The notes beneath the pieces were generated by a model. That model did no database searches. It was not told the origin of the DNA and was given only the letters and a program-made list of their open reading frames with translations. Below are positions 19,044 to 31,387 of a stretch of 64,000 nucleotides of DNA, one piece after another. The stretch comes from Marispirochaeta sp. (GTDB lineage: Bacteria; Spirochaetota; Spirochaetia; JC444; Marispirochaetaceae): NCBI GenBank assembly GCA_963676835.2, contig CAXXFF010000001.1, positions 160,001 to 224,000 of the forward strand, given 5' to 3'. Every line of letters begins with the position of its first letter. Position 1 is the first letter of the stretch. Both the position numbers and the translations under genes were made by a program.

Positions 19044-20963
19044 TCAATGCTGATTGCGTATTATAGAAGCATTATCCAGCACTGAACGGACTACCCTCAA
19101 CAGCTCTTCCGGCTGAAATGGCTTGGGCAGAAAAGCATCGGCATCGGGAAGAACTTTATTGGCCCGCTTGAGATATCCGGAGATAAGAACGCTGGGCAGA
19201 TCAGGTTTCTTTTTATGAAACCTTTTTATAAGTTTATCACCGGTCATATGGGGCATAATATAGTCAGTCAGCACAATATCCACTTCAGATTCTTTTTCTT
19301 CGAAAATCAGCAGAGCTTCACCGGCATTCTGGGCTTCAAAAACCGTGTATCCCGCTCTTTTCAGAATATTGACTATTACTCTGCGCACAGAATTATCATC
19401 CTCAACAAGCAGAATCTTTTCATCACCACTTAAAAGAGCAATATCGGGAATATTGGGAAGCTCTTCACTGACCTTCTCCAGAGTTACCGGGAAATAGAGG
19501 GTAAAAACAGTACCTTTGCCGCTTTGACTTTGAACTTCAATATACCCTTTACTCTGTTTTACTATGCCGTAGACCGTCGAAAGTCCCAGTCCTGTACCTT
19601 TATCTGCGCTTTTTGTAGTAAAAAACGGTTCAAATATAAGCGGCAGGATATCTTCCGGTATTCCGTCACCCGAGTCTGTTACCGTAATGGTACAATACTG
19701 ACCACTGGGGACAGTACCCATGGCACTTACGTAATCCTCATTAAACTCCCGATTTCCGCTTTCAATTGAGAGTGTGCCACTTGAGCCCATGGCATCCCTG
19801 GCATTAACAGCAAGATTCAGCAGTACCTGTTCGATCTGTCCGGGATCCACAAAAACTCCAGGGTTTGAAGCGGTAGTAAAGGTAACCAGCCTTATGCTTT
19901 CCGGGAGCAGCCGACTTATCATCTTTTCGAGGTCCGTAATCAGACTGTTAATATTCACCACTTCGGGGTTCAGAACCTGCTGACGGGAAAAGGCAAGAAG
20001 CTGACGCGTTAGGGTTGTAGCTCTCCCTGCAGCGGTACGAATCCCTTCAAGCTCAACTTCAACAGCTTCTCCGTCTTTGTATTTTTCCTTTCCCAAAGTA
20101 ACATACCCGAGAATAACAGTGAGAAGGTTATTGAAGTCATGGGCAATTCCACCGGCCATTCTACCGATAGCCTCCATCTTCTGGGCCTGCCGCAGTTGTT
20201 CTTCAAGGCTTTTAATCTCCGTGGTGTCCATAAAATAACCATGAAGGGAGGTTAGTTTTCCATCTATTGAGTAATTACCTATTATGTTGGCAAGGACCAT
20301 GGCGTGCCGGTTGTCAGCACTTACTACCGCAAACTCCTGGAGCTTGATAATTCCTTTCTTACGGATATTCTGCCACATGAAATCCGCCTGTGCAGGATTA
20401 ACAAATAGCGAATCGATACTCTTGCCCCGGGCTTCGTTAATGCTTTCAAACCCGAAGAGGTACAGAAAGGCAGGATTGCAGTCAACAATACGGCCTTCTC
20501 CATCGGTGACAAAGTCACCGGAGAGATCTTCTTCAAAAAGTCTCCTATACCTTTTTTCACTCTCTTTAAGCTGGAGTTCCATGGAATGGCGGTACATGGC
20601 CATTTCAATGGTTGTCCTCAATTCCCTCTCGTTAAAGGGCTTGAGAATATAACCGAAAGGGTTAGATTTCTTGGCTCTGTCTACGGTATTGTCATCTGCG
20701 TAGGCTGTTAAAAGTATTACAGGTTTATTGTACTTTTCCCGAATAATTCCGGAGGCCTCAACGCCGTCCATTTCTCCCTGAAGCCTGATATCCATCAGTA
20801 CCAGGTCCGGGAGTGATTTTTCCACCGTAACTATTGCATCTTCCGCACTTGCAACGGGACCGAGCACATGATAGCCAAAACGAAGCAGATGCTGCTTTAT
20901 ATCAAGGCCGACAATAGATTCGTCTTCTACAATAAGAATGCTGCTTACTCTATCGTCGCTCAT
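19044..20963 (-). CDS. Hybrid histidine kinase REC-PAS-HisKA-HATPase-REC
   Basis: Start MSDDRV after GGAG. AHDFNN H-box, [15 protein letters not shown]...GTGLGL, and intact receivers at both ends. Confidence 0.92.
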   Translation of the reverse strand: MSDDRVSSILIVEDESIVGLDIKQHLLRFGYHVLGPVASAEDAIVTVEKSLPDLVLMDIRLQGEMDGVEASGIIREKYNKPVILLTAYADDNTVDRAKKSNPFGYILKPFNERELRTTIEMAMYRHSMELQLKESEKRYRRLFEEDLSGDFVTDGEGRIVDCNPAFLYLFGFESINEARGKSIDSLFVNPAQADFMWQNIRKKGIIKLQEFAVVSADNRHAMVLANIIGNYSIDGKLTSLHGYFMDTTEIKSLEEQLRQAQKMEAIGRMAGGIAHDFNNLLTVILGYVTLGKEKYKDGEAVEVELEGIRTAAGRATTLTRQLLAFSRQQVLNPEVVNINSLITDLEKMISRLLPESIRLVTFTTASNPGVFVDPGQIEQVLLNLAVNARDAMGSSGTLSIESGNREFNEDYVSAMGTVPSGQYCTITVTDSGDGIPEDILPLIFEPFFTTKSADKGTGLGLSTVYGIVKQSKGYIEVQSQSGKGTVFTLYFPVTLEKVSEELPNIPDIALLSGDEKILLVEDDNSVRRVIVNILKRAGYTVFEAQNAGEALLIFEEKESEVDIVLTDYIMPHMTGDKLIKRFHKKKPDLPSVLISGYLKRANKVLPDADAFLPKPFQPEELLRVVRSVLDNASIIRNQH

Positions 20964-21003
20964 CTCCACTCCATTTGCATGTACTGCTATCCGTCGTGAA
21001 CCA

Positions 21004-21651
21004 TTAATTCTGCTGCGATAAATTCCACTCCACGGCATACTGGAGCAGTTCGGTGCTGTTCCTCAGGTCAAGTTTCTGTTTTAAGTGTGATTTATAGGTT
21101 TCAATGGTCTTTACACTCAGATTTAGATTTTCTGCAATTTCCCTTGTGCTTTCACCCCTGCCTATGGATTGAAATACCTCAAGTTCACGATCGCTCAGAT
21201 GATCCGTGGCGGATGTTTTTCGCTGGCTGCCGCCGGCCATAGACCTCAGCATATGGTGGCGCATTTTGTCACTCAGATAGATTTCTCCCTGCAGAACAAC
21301 CCGTATAGCGGTCATAACATTCTCCGTTGCCTCGGCCTTCATAATAAATCCGTGGGCACCGGCTCGGAGACTGCGTTCAGCGTAAACCGATTCATCATGA
21401 AGGGAAATCACCAGCATGAGTAACTCAGGATGCAGTCTGGAGAGATCTTTAATAAGTTCTATACCATTGGAATTTTTCAGGGAGAGATCCACCAGCGCAA
21501 GGTCGGGAACCTGTTCTTCCACAAGCGCAATGGCAGATCCGGCATCCTCCGCTTCCCCCACGACAGTCAGGTCCTCTTCCTGGTTGATCAAAAGGGTAAA
21601 CCCCTGACGTATAATGGGATGATCATCAATTAATACAATTCTCTTTTTCAT
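21004..21651 (-). CDS. NarL/LuxR-family response regulator
   Basis: LIDDH...VDLSL receiver plus LSDRELEV...LSVKTIETY HTH. Confidence 0.95.
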   Translation of the reverse strand: MKKRIVLIDDHPIIRQGFTLLINQEEDLTVVGEAEDAGSAIALVEEQVPDLALVDLSLKNSNGIELIKDLSRLHPELLMLVISLHDESVYAERSLRAGAHGFIMKAEATENVMTAIRVVLQGEIYLSDKMRHHMLRSMAGGSQRKTSATDHLSDRELEVFQSIGRGESTREIAENLNLSVKTIETYKSHLKQKLDLRNSTELLQYAVEWNLSQQN

Positions 21652-21655
21652 TGCC

Positions 21656-23419
21656 TTATTTACTTCCCGAAACCGGCACCCGGCAGAGTACTGTTGTTCC
21701 CCCTCCTGCGGTGGGAACGAGATTAAACTGACCGCCTACCATATTAGCCCGATATTCCATAATTCTCAATCCCAGTCCATTTGAGTTCCGTTTTTCCAGC
21801 CCCCGCCCCTTATCGGTAACAGAAAGGACGATCTCCATGGGTTCATAAATCAGTTTTACATCGATTGTTTCAGACCCGGAATGTTTGATGGCATTGTTTA
21901 ATGCTTCCTGGGCTATATGATACAGCTGCAGTTCTACACTGGAAGAAATGGAAAATTCCCGGGAACTGCAGTGAAAATCTGTGGGAACGCCGTACATTGA
22001 CTGACAGTATAAACTCAGTTCGTGCAGAGCCTCGACAAGTCCGTTTGTCTGCAGGGTAACGGGTATCAGCCCCCGGGCCATTTCCCTGGTCTGTTCTACA
22101 GCATGCCGGACGAATCCCTGTATTTCCCGGGCATCTGATGAAAGCTCATCGTTGGACAAGCGTGATAATTTACCTTCATGAGCCTTTAAGCGCAAAAGAA
22201 TACCGGTAAGTTCCTGCCCGAGACTGTCATGCAGATCCTGTCCAATGCGGGAACGCTCCCGATCGACAATCTCAAGAATCTCTTTTTCCAGCTGTTTCCT
22301 CTTGGTTATATCCCGGGCAATGATGGATACCGCAATCAGATTGCCGTGACCATCCCGTATGGGAGAAATCTTGACGGACATATCGAGAACAGCACCGTCA
22401 CTTCTTTTACGGATAGTCTCATAGTGATCAACAACTTCACCGCTTTTAATCCTGTCCAGCATTTCGGGAATCTCGTTCGGATAATACTCCGGAATCAGGA
22501 TTGAGAGGTTTTTACCGCTGACTTCCTCCAGTGAATAACCGAACAAAGCAGCTGCACCATTATTCCAGCTTATAATTGATCCATCCGTTGTGGAGCCTAT
22601 AATTGCATCTTCAGAAGTTTCGACAATGGAAGCAAGCCGGGACTGCATCTCCTGCATCCGGTATTCCTCTTTGATATTGCGGAGAAAATAGAGATAGCCG
22701 GAAAGAACCTTACTTTCACTGAACATCGGCGTAATGGTGCACAACACGGGAAAGCGTCCGGAAGAGGTTACAAGATAATATCGTCCGGAGATTTTCGTGG
22801 TTAGTTCTGTATGTCCGGAATATGCAAAGGGATTTTCGAGAAATTCATTAAACACATTTTCAACGGTTATAGGCAGTTCATTTATGTGCTTTCCTGTAAT
22901 GTCTTCTGAAACAATACCGGCAATTCTCTGAGCCGCCAGATTTGCGAGCTGTACCTTCCCCATATTGTCGCACAGGATTATTCCATCGGATATTCCCGCA
23001 AAAGTAGTGGACAGAAGCTTTTCGTTTTGTACTACCTTCAGTTCAATCTCATGGCGGTATAAAGCCATCTCAATAGTTGAGTGGAGATCATTATGATCGT
23101 AGGATTTCATGATATAGCCGTAAGGCTCGGTAAGCTTCGCTCTTGCCAGGGTTTTTGCATCGGAATAGGCGGACAGAAATATTACCGGAATATGATATTT
23201 GTTGCGGACCTGTTCCGCCACTTCTATGCCGTCCAGCTCACCCCGGAGCTGAATGTCCATAAGCACCAGATCCGGTGACTCGCGCTCTACCGCTGTCAGA
23301 GCCTCCTTGCCTGTTCCTACAGTAGCAATGACTGAATAATCGAGGGTTGTAAGAGTGTGGCTGAGATCTATTGCGACAATAGATTCATCTTCAACAACTA
23401 GTATCCTTGGTCGGTTCAT
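21656..23419 (-). CDS. Cytoplasmic kinase REC-PAS-PAS-HisKA_3-HATPase
   Basis: ERSRIGQDLHDSLGQ H-box, QEALNNAIKH, DKGRG, GLGLRIM. No TM segments. Confidence 0.92.
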   Translation of the reverse strand: MNRPRILVVEDESIVAIDLSHTLTTLDYSVIATVGTGKEALTAVERESPDLVLMDIQLRGELDGIEVAEQVRNKYHIPVIFLSAYSDAKTLARAKLTEPYGYIMKSYDHNDLHSTIEMALYRHEIELKVVQNEKLLSTTFAGISDGIILCDNMGKVQLANLAAQRIAGIVSEDITGKHINELPITVENVFNEFLENPFAYSGHTELTTKISGRYYLVTSSGRFPVLCTITPMFSESKVLSGYLYFLRNIKEEYRMQEMQSRLASIVETSEDAIIGSTTDGSIISWNNGAAALFGYSLEEVSGKNLSILIPEYYPNEIPEMLDRIKSGEVVDHYETIRKRSDGAVLDMSVKISPIRDGHGNLIAVSIIARDITKRKQLEKEILEIVDRERSRIGQDLHDSLGQELTGILLRLKAHEGKLSRLSNDELSSDAREIQGFVRHAVEQTREMARGLIPVTLQTNGLVEALHELSLYCQSMYGVPTDFHCSSREFSISSSVELQLYHIAQEALNNAIKHSGSETIDVKLIYEPMEIVLSVTDKGRGLEKRNSNGLGLRIMEYRANMVGGQFNLVPTAGGGTTVLCRVPVSGSK

Positions 23420-23508
23420 TCTTTAATATCCCCAGTTATTATATACTGACTTTTTAATAATCGGGATTTTTCCTTAAAATCACGGTTTTTGACTGAAATT
23501 GATCCCTC

Positions 23509-25410
<1,902 letters not shown>

Positions 25411-25421
<11 letters not shown>

Positions 25422-27513
25422 CAGTCAAATGCACATCTCTGCCGATTACAGACGCAAGCCCATTAATATCAATAATGAGGGCTATTGATCCATCACCCAT
25501 AATCGTCGCTCCTGAGAAAATCCGCTGATCCCTGAACATTGACCCCAGACTCTTGATAACAGTCTGATGATCTCCAAGAACCTCGTCCACAAGGAGTCCG
25601 ATTTTTCCCTGGCGGCTTTCGATAATAACCATCTGCCTCAGGCTTTCCTGCCTGGTGTCTATACCAAGATAATCAGCCAGATCAAGAAAAGGAAGGAGGG
25701 ATCCCCTGTGATTTATCATACGTCGTCGTTTATCCAGGTTTTCCATGTTTATTTCGAGGCAGGACTCGACCACTCCCAGGGGCAGAATGAAAATTTCAGA
25801 ACCTATAGAAACCCTGAGACCGTCTATGATAGCAAGGGTTAGAGGAAGACTGAGGGTAAAGGATGATCCCTCCCCGGGCGTACTTTCCACAACAACCATT
25901 CCGGAAAGTGCCTGAATATTCTTGGCAACTACATCCAGTCCAACACCTCTGCCGGAAACATTGGTCACCTTTTCGGCCGTGGAAAATCCCGGAGCAAACA
26001 ACAGCTGAAAAATCTCGGATTCTGTAGGATTATCCCTTGCTCCGATAAGTCCCTTCTCTACGGCCCGGGCTTTTACTTTTTCCGGATCAATTCCCTTTCC
26101 GTCATCGCGGATAATAATAAGAACCGAAGCTCCCGCATGTTCAGCCTCAATGGTTATCTTTCCCTTTCTGCTCTTGCCGTTCTTTTCACGCTCTTCAGGA
26201 CTTTCCATCCCATGATCTATTGCATTACGAATAATGTGAACCAGCGGATCATTCAGCTTGCTTATTACCGATTTATCAAGCTCCGTCTCCCCTCCGATGG
26301 TAACCATTTCTATCTCTTTATCCAGTTCCTGGGACAAATCACGTACAAGGCGCTTGAACTGGGCAAAGGTTGATCCGATAGGTACCATGCGGAGGCTCAT
26401 GGCATTGTCTCTGAGATTATCGATAAGACGTTCCAGTTCTTCGGAAATACCGGAAAGATTGTCATTCCTTATACTCTCGGATACACCGGTTAACCTGGCC
26501 TGAACAGTAACCAGTTCTCCCACAAGGTCAACAAGCTGATCGAGCCGGGAGCTGCTCACCCTGAGAGAGTGCTGCTGGACATCCTTCTGCTGTGTTTCGC
26601 TTTTTTTCTTGAAATGCTCCTGTATATGCAGCTCTTTTTCGATTTCCACAGAATCAAGCAGACCTGCTTCGGTTATCATCTCTCCAAGAAGTTTATGATT
26701 TGCCAGGATTGTTTTCAGCTCTTTTGAAGAGAGGTGCCCGTTTTCGACCAGAATTTCACCGAGCCGTTTCGGCTGCCCATCATCAGACAGATACTGATCC
26801 TTATTCAGTTCATCAACAATTACTTCCGAAGATGATTCCACAAAGATAAAAACATCTCGGATCTCTTCGTAGCTGCTTGTGGATGTGAGTATGATTTCCC
26901 AGCTTAAGAAGAGATCCTCCGGATCAAGCCTGGATAGAATAGGAACCGAGTTTACATTACAGAAAACGGTGGCTTCTCCGAGGGATGCAATTTCTTTCAG
27001 CAGAAGTAATGGATTGGTGCCTTCCTTAAACAGCATTTTCCCGGGATTAAACGCGATCCTGTAAGTTTTATCTTTAGTTTTTTTTGCATCCGGAGATTTT
27101 TGTATCTTCGCTGGCTGCTTTGGAGTAGAACCTGCCCCGGTAATGGCTGAAAGCTGATTAAGGATTTCTTTACTGACACCAATGAGTTCATCTGAAGGTT
27201 CTTTACTGTTTTCCTGAAGGAGGGTCCGCAGATGATCCTTGCCCTGAAGGGCAACATCAATCATCTCCTTTGAGATTCCTGTAGTCCCGGAGCGTACCGA
27301 GTCCAGGGCATTCTCAAAGGCATGAGCGAATTCGGAGATGTGCTTGAACCCGAACATGGCCGCAGAACCCTTTATGGTATGGGCTGAACGAAAAACAGAT
27401 TGAATATGGGAGCTTTCAGCCGGGTTTTCTTCGAGAGCCAGCAGATCTTCTTCCATGGTATTCAGCAGATCGAAAGATTCATCAAGAAAAGTAGCAATAA
27501 ACTTATCGTCCAT
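25411..27513 (-). CDS. cheA: Chemotaxis histidine kinase
   Basis: Start MDDKF. Hpt FRSAHTIKG, HIIRNAIDHG, SGRGVGLDVV, and a C-terminal CheW-like domain. Confidence 0.97.
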
Positions 27514-27514
27514 A

Positions 27515-27802
27515 TTATTTACCGCCTGCCGGATAGGTATCGTCGTACTGCACTCCAACAAGCCTGAATACCTCTTCCACCTGGGGCTGCATAGGACCTT
27601 TCAGCTTTACCGTAAGTTTTCTTTTTACCGCCTCTTTAACTCCGGCGACAAAGAATTGTATACCTGCAGTATCAACAACTTCGATACCGGAAATGTCTAC
27701 CTCAATTACATCTTCTGCCTGATCAAGGGCGACAAGAATGGAGTTCTTTATTTCCTGAACGTTCTCAATGGTACAGCGGGATCCCATAGCTATGGAAATC
27801 AT
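27515..27802 (-). CDS. STAS-domain protein
   Basis: 95 aa with VDISGIEVVDTAGIQ; typical first gene of cheA clusters. Confidence 0.85.
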   Translation of the reverse strand: MISIAMGSRCTIENVQEIKNSILVALDQAEDVIEVDISGIEVVDTAGIQFFVAGVKEAVKRKLTVKLKGPMQPQVEEVFRLVGVQYDDTYPAGGK

Positions 27803-28031
27803 ATTACCCCCCGGTGGTATTCCATTCTTTAAGTATAGTTACCGGAGGGAAAAAAGCAAAAAATGTTCAGCTTTGGACGGCCCTGAAAAACATGGCATTT
27901 TTAAAGAGCCTGGAAAAGAGAAGTTTATCAGCCTCCGCACCCTGAACCAAAAGCTTTTTGAATCGGTGAAGCCTATGGGGAGCCCTGACGAATCTGGAGA
28001 TGGGAATGAGTTATCCCGGAGCTGCCCTGTT

Positions 28032-29789
28032 TTAGATCATGTTATCGGTTTTCAGATATGTACCGATCTGCATTGAAGATTCGAGAAAACCTGCCTTTCG
28101 TTTCTTGATTATCATCTGAAGAAGGGCTATCCCTTTTTCATTGTCTATTTTCAATCCACGCCACAAAAAGGGGTCATTTGCAGATAAACCGGTTTCGTCG
28201 GCCACCGAACCGGGATAGACTTTTTGTATTACAAAACTCTCTTCCCATAGAGTTGATCCGGTCGATTTTATTTCCATACCGAACAGGGGCAGAACCAGTT
28301 CCTCTTCAGCCACCCTTGCGGCAACTGCGGACACAGGAGATTCAGGCCTGTCAGCAAGCACAAAGAAACGATTAATAATAGTGCCATCCCCGCGGGACCA
28401 GGTTGATGTTATTGAATCTCCAGGACGCATACCTACCAGTATTTCATGAGCGTCCCGCAGACTGCTGATCTTTCTACCGCCAAGTTCGTTCAGAATATCA
28501 CCGGTCTCAATTCCAGCCCGGGCTGCCGGATATCCGGGAAAGGGATAGAGGCAGGTTAGCCCGTTATCGCTTTCATACATTGATGCGCCCAGCCAGGAAT
28601 GGATGATTTCGCCTCCATCATACAAGCGGGGGAGAATTTTAAGCATCCAGTAGGAGGGAATGGCAAAATTGATGCCTTCGAATGTTTCAATACCGGCGAA
28701 TACCACCCCCACAAGTTCACCATTTTCATTTAACAGAGGCCCGCCACTATTCCCCTGATTGATAGGCACGTCAATCTGCATGGCATCACCAATCTGAAGC
28801 AGCCGGCGGTCTACTGCAGACACTATTCCGGAGGTTATGGTCTTTTCCAATCCACCTGGAGAACCAATAGCATATATGGGTTCTCCAAGCTTCAATTTAC
28901 CCAGGGCGGGAGTAAAGGTGTATTCGGGTTCAATTTCAGCTTTCAACAGGGCAATATCGAGAACAGGATCCCAGCCTATAACCTTGGCAGGAATTTTATT
29001 TCCGCTTACCCCGGAAGGACGGATATACAGACGACTGAACCCTTCGTATTCCGGATTCACTTCGCTTTCGATTACATGATAGTTGGTAATAAGATAGCCG
29101 CTTTTATCAATAAAAAATCCGCTCCCGATAACCCTGTCGGGATAGCCCATTCCTCCCTGTATTTTTATGCCACGGTTCACCCATATAGTTACTGTAGACT
29201 CAACAATCCCGGGGAGATCTTCTCTGATGGAGGTGGAAGCTGCATTTGCTGAACCCTGTCCCAGAGATGAGGACCAAAGGGAATACCCCGCCTCTGCAGC
29301 ATCGGAGGAGACAGCTTCCAGCAGTTCCGGATCAATATCTACACTTCCAGAGTAATCTGCCAACTGTGCATAGGCGGCGACATGCTGCTTTTCCTCGAGC
29401 AGAGAATAGATCTGCTGATTGGCGAGCCCTGCTTCTGTAACACCCTCAATCACAAGCCCCACAGATTCTGCCGCCCGTAACAGTCTCAGGGCGATTCGGT
29501 AATCCGACGAAGCATCTGCAGCTGAAATTTGATCGTGAAGCATTGTTTTCAGCTTTTCACGGTTTTTCTCAAGTTCTGACTGACTGATGAGCTCCCGATG
29601 GAAAAGATTATCATTGATCTCCCATGCTTCAAGAACATTTCCTTCGGCGATTTCACTCTCCAGGGAGGCTATGTTATATTCCCGCACATCAGGAACCTGA
29701 CTGTCCGCCCTTTGAGGGCCGGAACTGCAGGAAAGAAGAATAAGAGTCAGAAAAAAAGCTGCGGAGTAATGTAATTTGCTCAGATGCAT
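28032..29789 (-). CDS. HtrA/DegP-like serine protease with PDZ, probable lipoprotein
   Basis: LLSC lipobox; catalytic triad TNYH, DIALL, GNSGGP; PDZ region. Alternative start 29816. Confidence 0.9.
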   Translation of the reverse strand: MHLSKLHYSAAFFLTLILLSCSSGPQRADSQVPDVREYNIASLESEIAEGNVLEAWEINDNLFHRELISQSELEKNREKLKTMLHDQISAADASSDYRIALRLLRAAESVGLVIEGVTEAGLANQQIYSLLEEKQHVAAYAQLADYSGSVDIDPELLEAVSSDAAEAGYSLWSSSLGQGSANAASTSIREDLPGIVESTVTIWVNRGIKIQGGMGYPDRVIGSGFFIDKSGYLITNYHVIESEVNPEYEGFSRLYIRPSGVSGNKIPAKVIGWDPVLDIALLKAEIEPEYTFTPALGKLKLGEPIYAIGSPGGLEKTITSGIVSAVDRRLLQIGDAMQIDVPINQGNSGGPLLNENGELVGVVFAGIETFEGINFAIPSYWMLKILPRLYDGGEIIHSWLGASMYESDNGLTCLYPFPGYPAARAGIETGDILNELGGRKISSLRDAHEILVGMRPGDSITSTWSRGDGTIINRFFVLADRPESPVSAVAARVAEEELVLPLFGMEIKSTGSTLWEESFVIQKVYPGSVADETGLSANDPFLWRGLKIDNEKGIALLQMIIKKRKAGFLESSMQIGTYLKTDNMI

Positions 29790-29812
29790 AGCATGATGTC
29801 CTCTGGATATAA

Positions 29813-31387
29813 TCATTCAGCGGAGGCTGGATATTCCAACCATGTCCACTGCTCATTTCCGTTGCTGCTGGAATAACTGTAGTCGACAACACCATCACTG
29901 TTATAATCAAGATCTATTCGGGTGCCGTCGGCGGAATCATAAGTTTCTACAATTTCATAGATACCATCGTTATCCAGATCTCTTTCGATTTTTCTATATG
30001 TATCCGTTTCAACGGTACGGATCAGTCCTTCATTATTCATCATAAGCGGAGGTCTGCTGTTTCTGCGAACCACTGACGCTTTTTCCAGGTTTTCTTCTGA
30101 ATAATAGGCCGCTTCCTCCATTTCGGAATATGCGGGAAATACAGCGGGCTTAATCCGGACCGCCAGGGGCCCTGGAAAATAGGAAACAGCAGGAACAGCA
30201 AACCTCCCCGGTGCCAACAGGATCTTTCCGGTCCCATCAGGCCAATCAGCTTCCACACTGCTTACGGAAGGGTACTTTCCATAGTGATATATATAAGATT
30301 CACCGTCTTTGAACACAGACACCTTCTGAACAGAAGGGATAGATCCGCTTTGAAGATTTTCTGAAATAAAATCCACACGATAGTCGATGATACCATCCTG
30401 ATCCAGATCTATTGAATAATCAACAACAGTACCGTTAGCAAGGGTATAGTACTCTTCAACATAGCCGTCATTATTGTTATCGCCCTGCACTACAATGGTT
30501 TTTCCCTCAAGAAACTCCCAGAAAACCTCAATTTGCTGATAACGGTTATACAGAGCCATTATTCTGTTGAAATAGTTAAGCCTGGTAAGAAATGTCTCGT
30601 TTAATAATGGAGACAGATCGTACTCTTTTTCCGGAAAAAGTACTGCGTCCTCTGCAGTTAATATTTCAGCCTCCAGAGCGTGATAACCGGATTTACCTAC
30701 TTCACCAAGAAGAAAATCCCTGACAGATGAATCTGAGGCTGCCGCAAGAGATGCAACGACCTCCTGATCCGGAAGATCCACAGCTGCTGAGGAGAAATAA
30801 TTCTGAATCAGCATATCTGCATAATCCGGATCAATTTTGACACGGAAAATAACCAGAGCGGAGTCCAGAGGAAAAAGCGCGGTTCCCTCTTCAAGATATA
30901 TACGAGCCTGATCAACTTTATCCTGCTTAAACAAAGACCGGGCCGCATAGTAGTACCAGTCTGCACTGCGGATAATATCTTCCGGCAGATCATGCATAAG
31001 GGCATCCAGCCTGTCATACTGCATAAGCTGATCAAATATTCCGGCAAGCTTTATTCTGCAATCTTCTCTGCTGCAGAGTTTCCATGCCCCTTTGGAGTAT
31101 GCCTTCTCAAGAACACCGGCGGTTTCATGAAGAGATACCCCCTCTTTACCCTGCTGCGTCAAACCATAGACAAATCCGGCATCACCGTTTAACGGGTAAA
31201 ACTCGAGAGCGATTTCTGCCAGATCAACCGCTGAGGGGTTACCTTCCTCAAAAAGAGAGACAGCTATGTCGGAATAAACGAAGGAAAGAGATTTATCGTG
31301 CTCCGGAAACGTTTCACCGCCGAGATGAAAACAGACAAGTATAAAGAGCAGCAGAACTGTAAATAACCTTTTTTCAGTCCTCATCAT
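29813..31387 (-). CDS. Exported TPR-like protein with Dx[DN]xDG repeats
   Basis: Signal peptide, TPR-like helices and four DxDxDG-type loops. Confidence 0.75.
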   Translation of the reverse strand: MMRTEKRLFTVLLLFILVCFHLGGETFPEHDKSLSFVYSDIAVSLFEEGNPSAVDLAEIALEFYPLNGDAGFVYGLTQQGKEGVSLHETAGVLEKAYSKGAWKLCSREDCRIKLAGIFDQLMQYDRLDALMHDLPEDIIRSADWYYYAARSLFKQDKVDQARIYLEEGTALFPLDSALVIFRVKIDPDYADMLIQNYFSSAAVDLPDQEVVASLAAASDSSVRDFLLGEVGKSGYHALEAEILTAEDAVLFPEKEYDLSPLLNETFLTRLNYFNRIMALYNRYQQIEVFWEFLEGKTIVVQGDNNNDGYVEEYYTLANGTVVDYSIDLDQDGIIDYRVDFISENLQSGSIPSVQKVSVFKDGESYIYHYGKYPSVSSVEADWPDGTGKILLAPGRFAVPAVSYFPGPLAVRIKPAVFPAYSEMEEAAYYSEENLEKASVVRRNSRPPLMMNNEGLIRTVETDTYRKIERDLDNDGIYEIVETYDSADGTRIDLDYNSDGVVDYSYSSSNGNEQWTWLEYPASAE

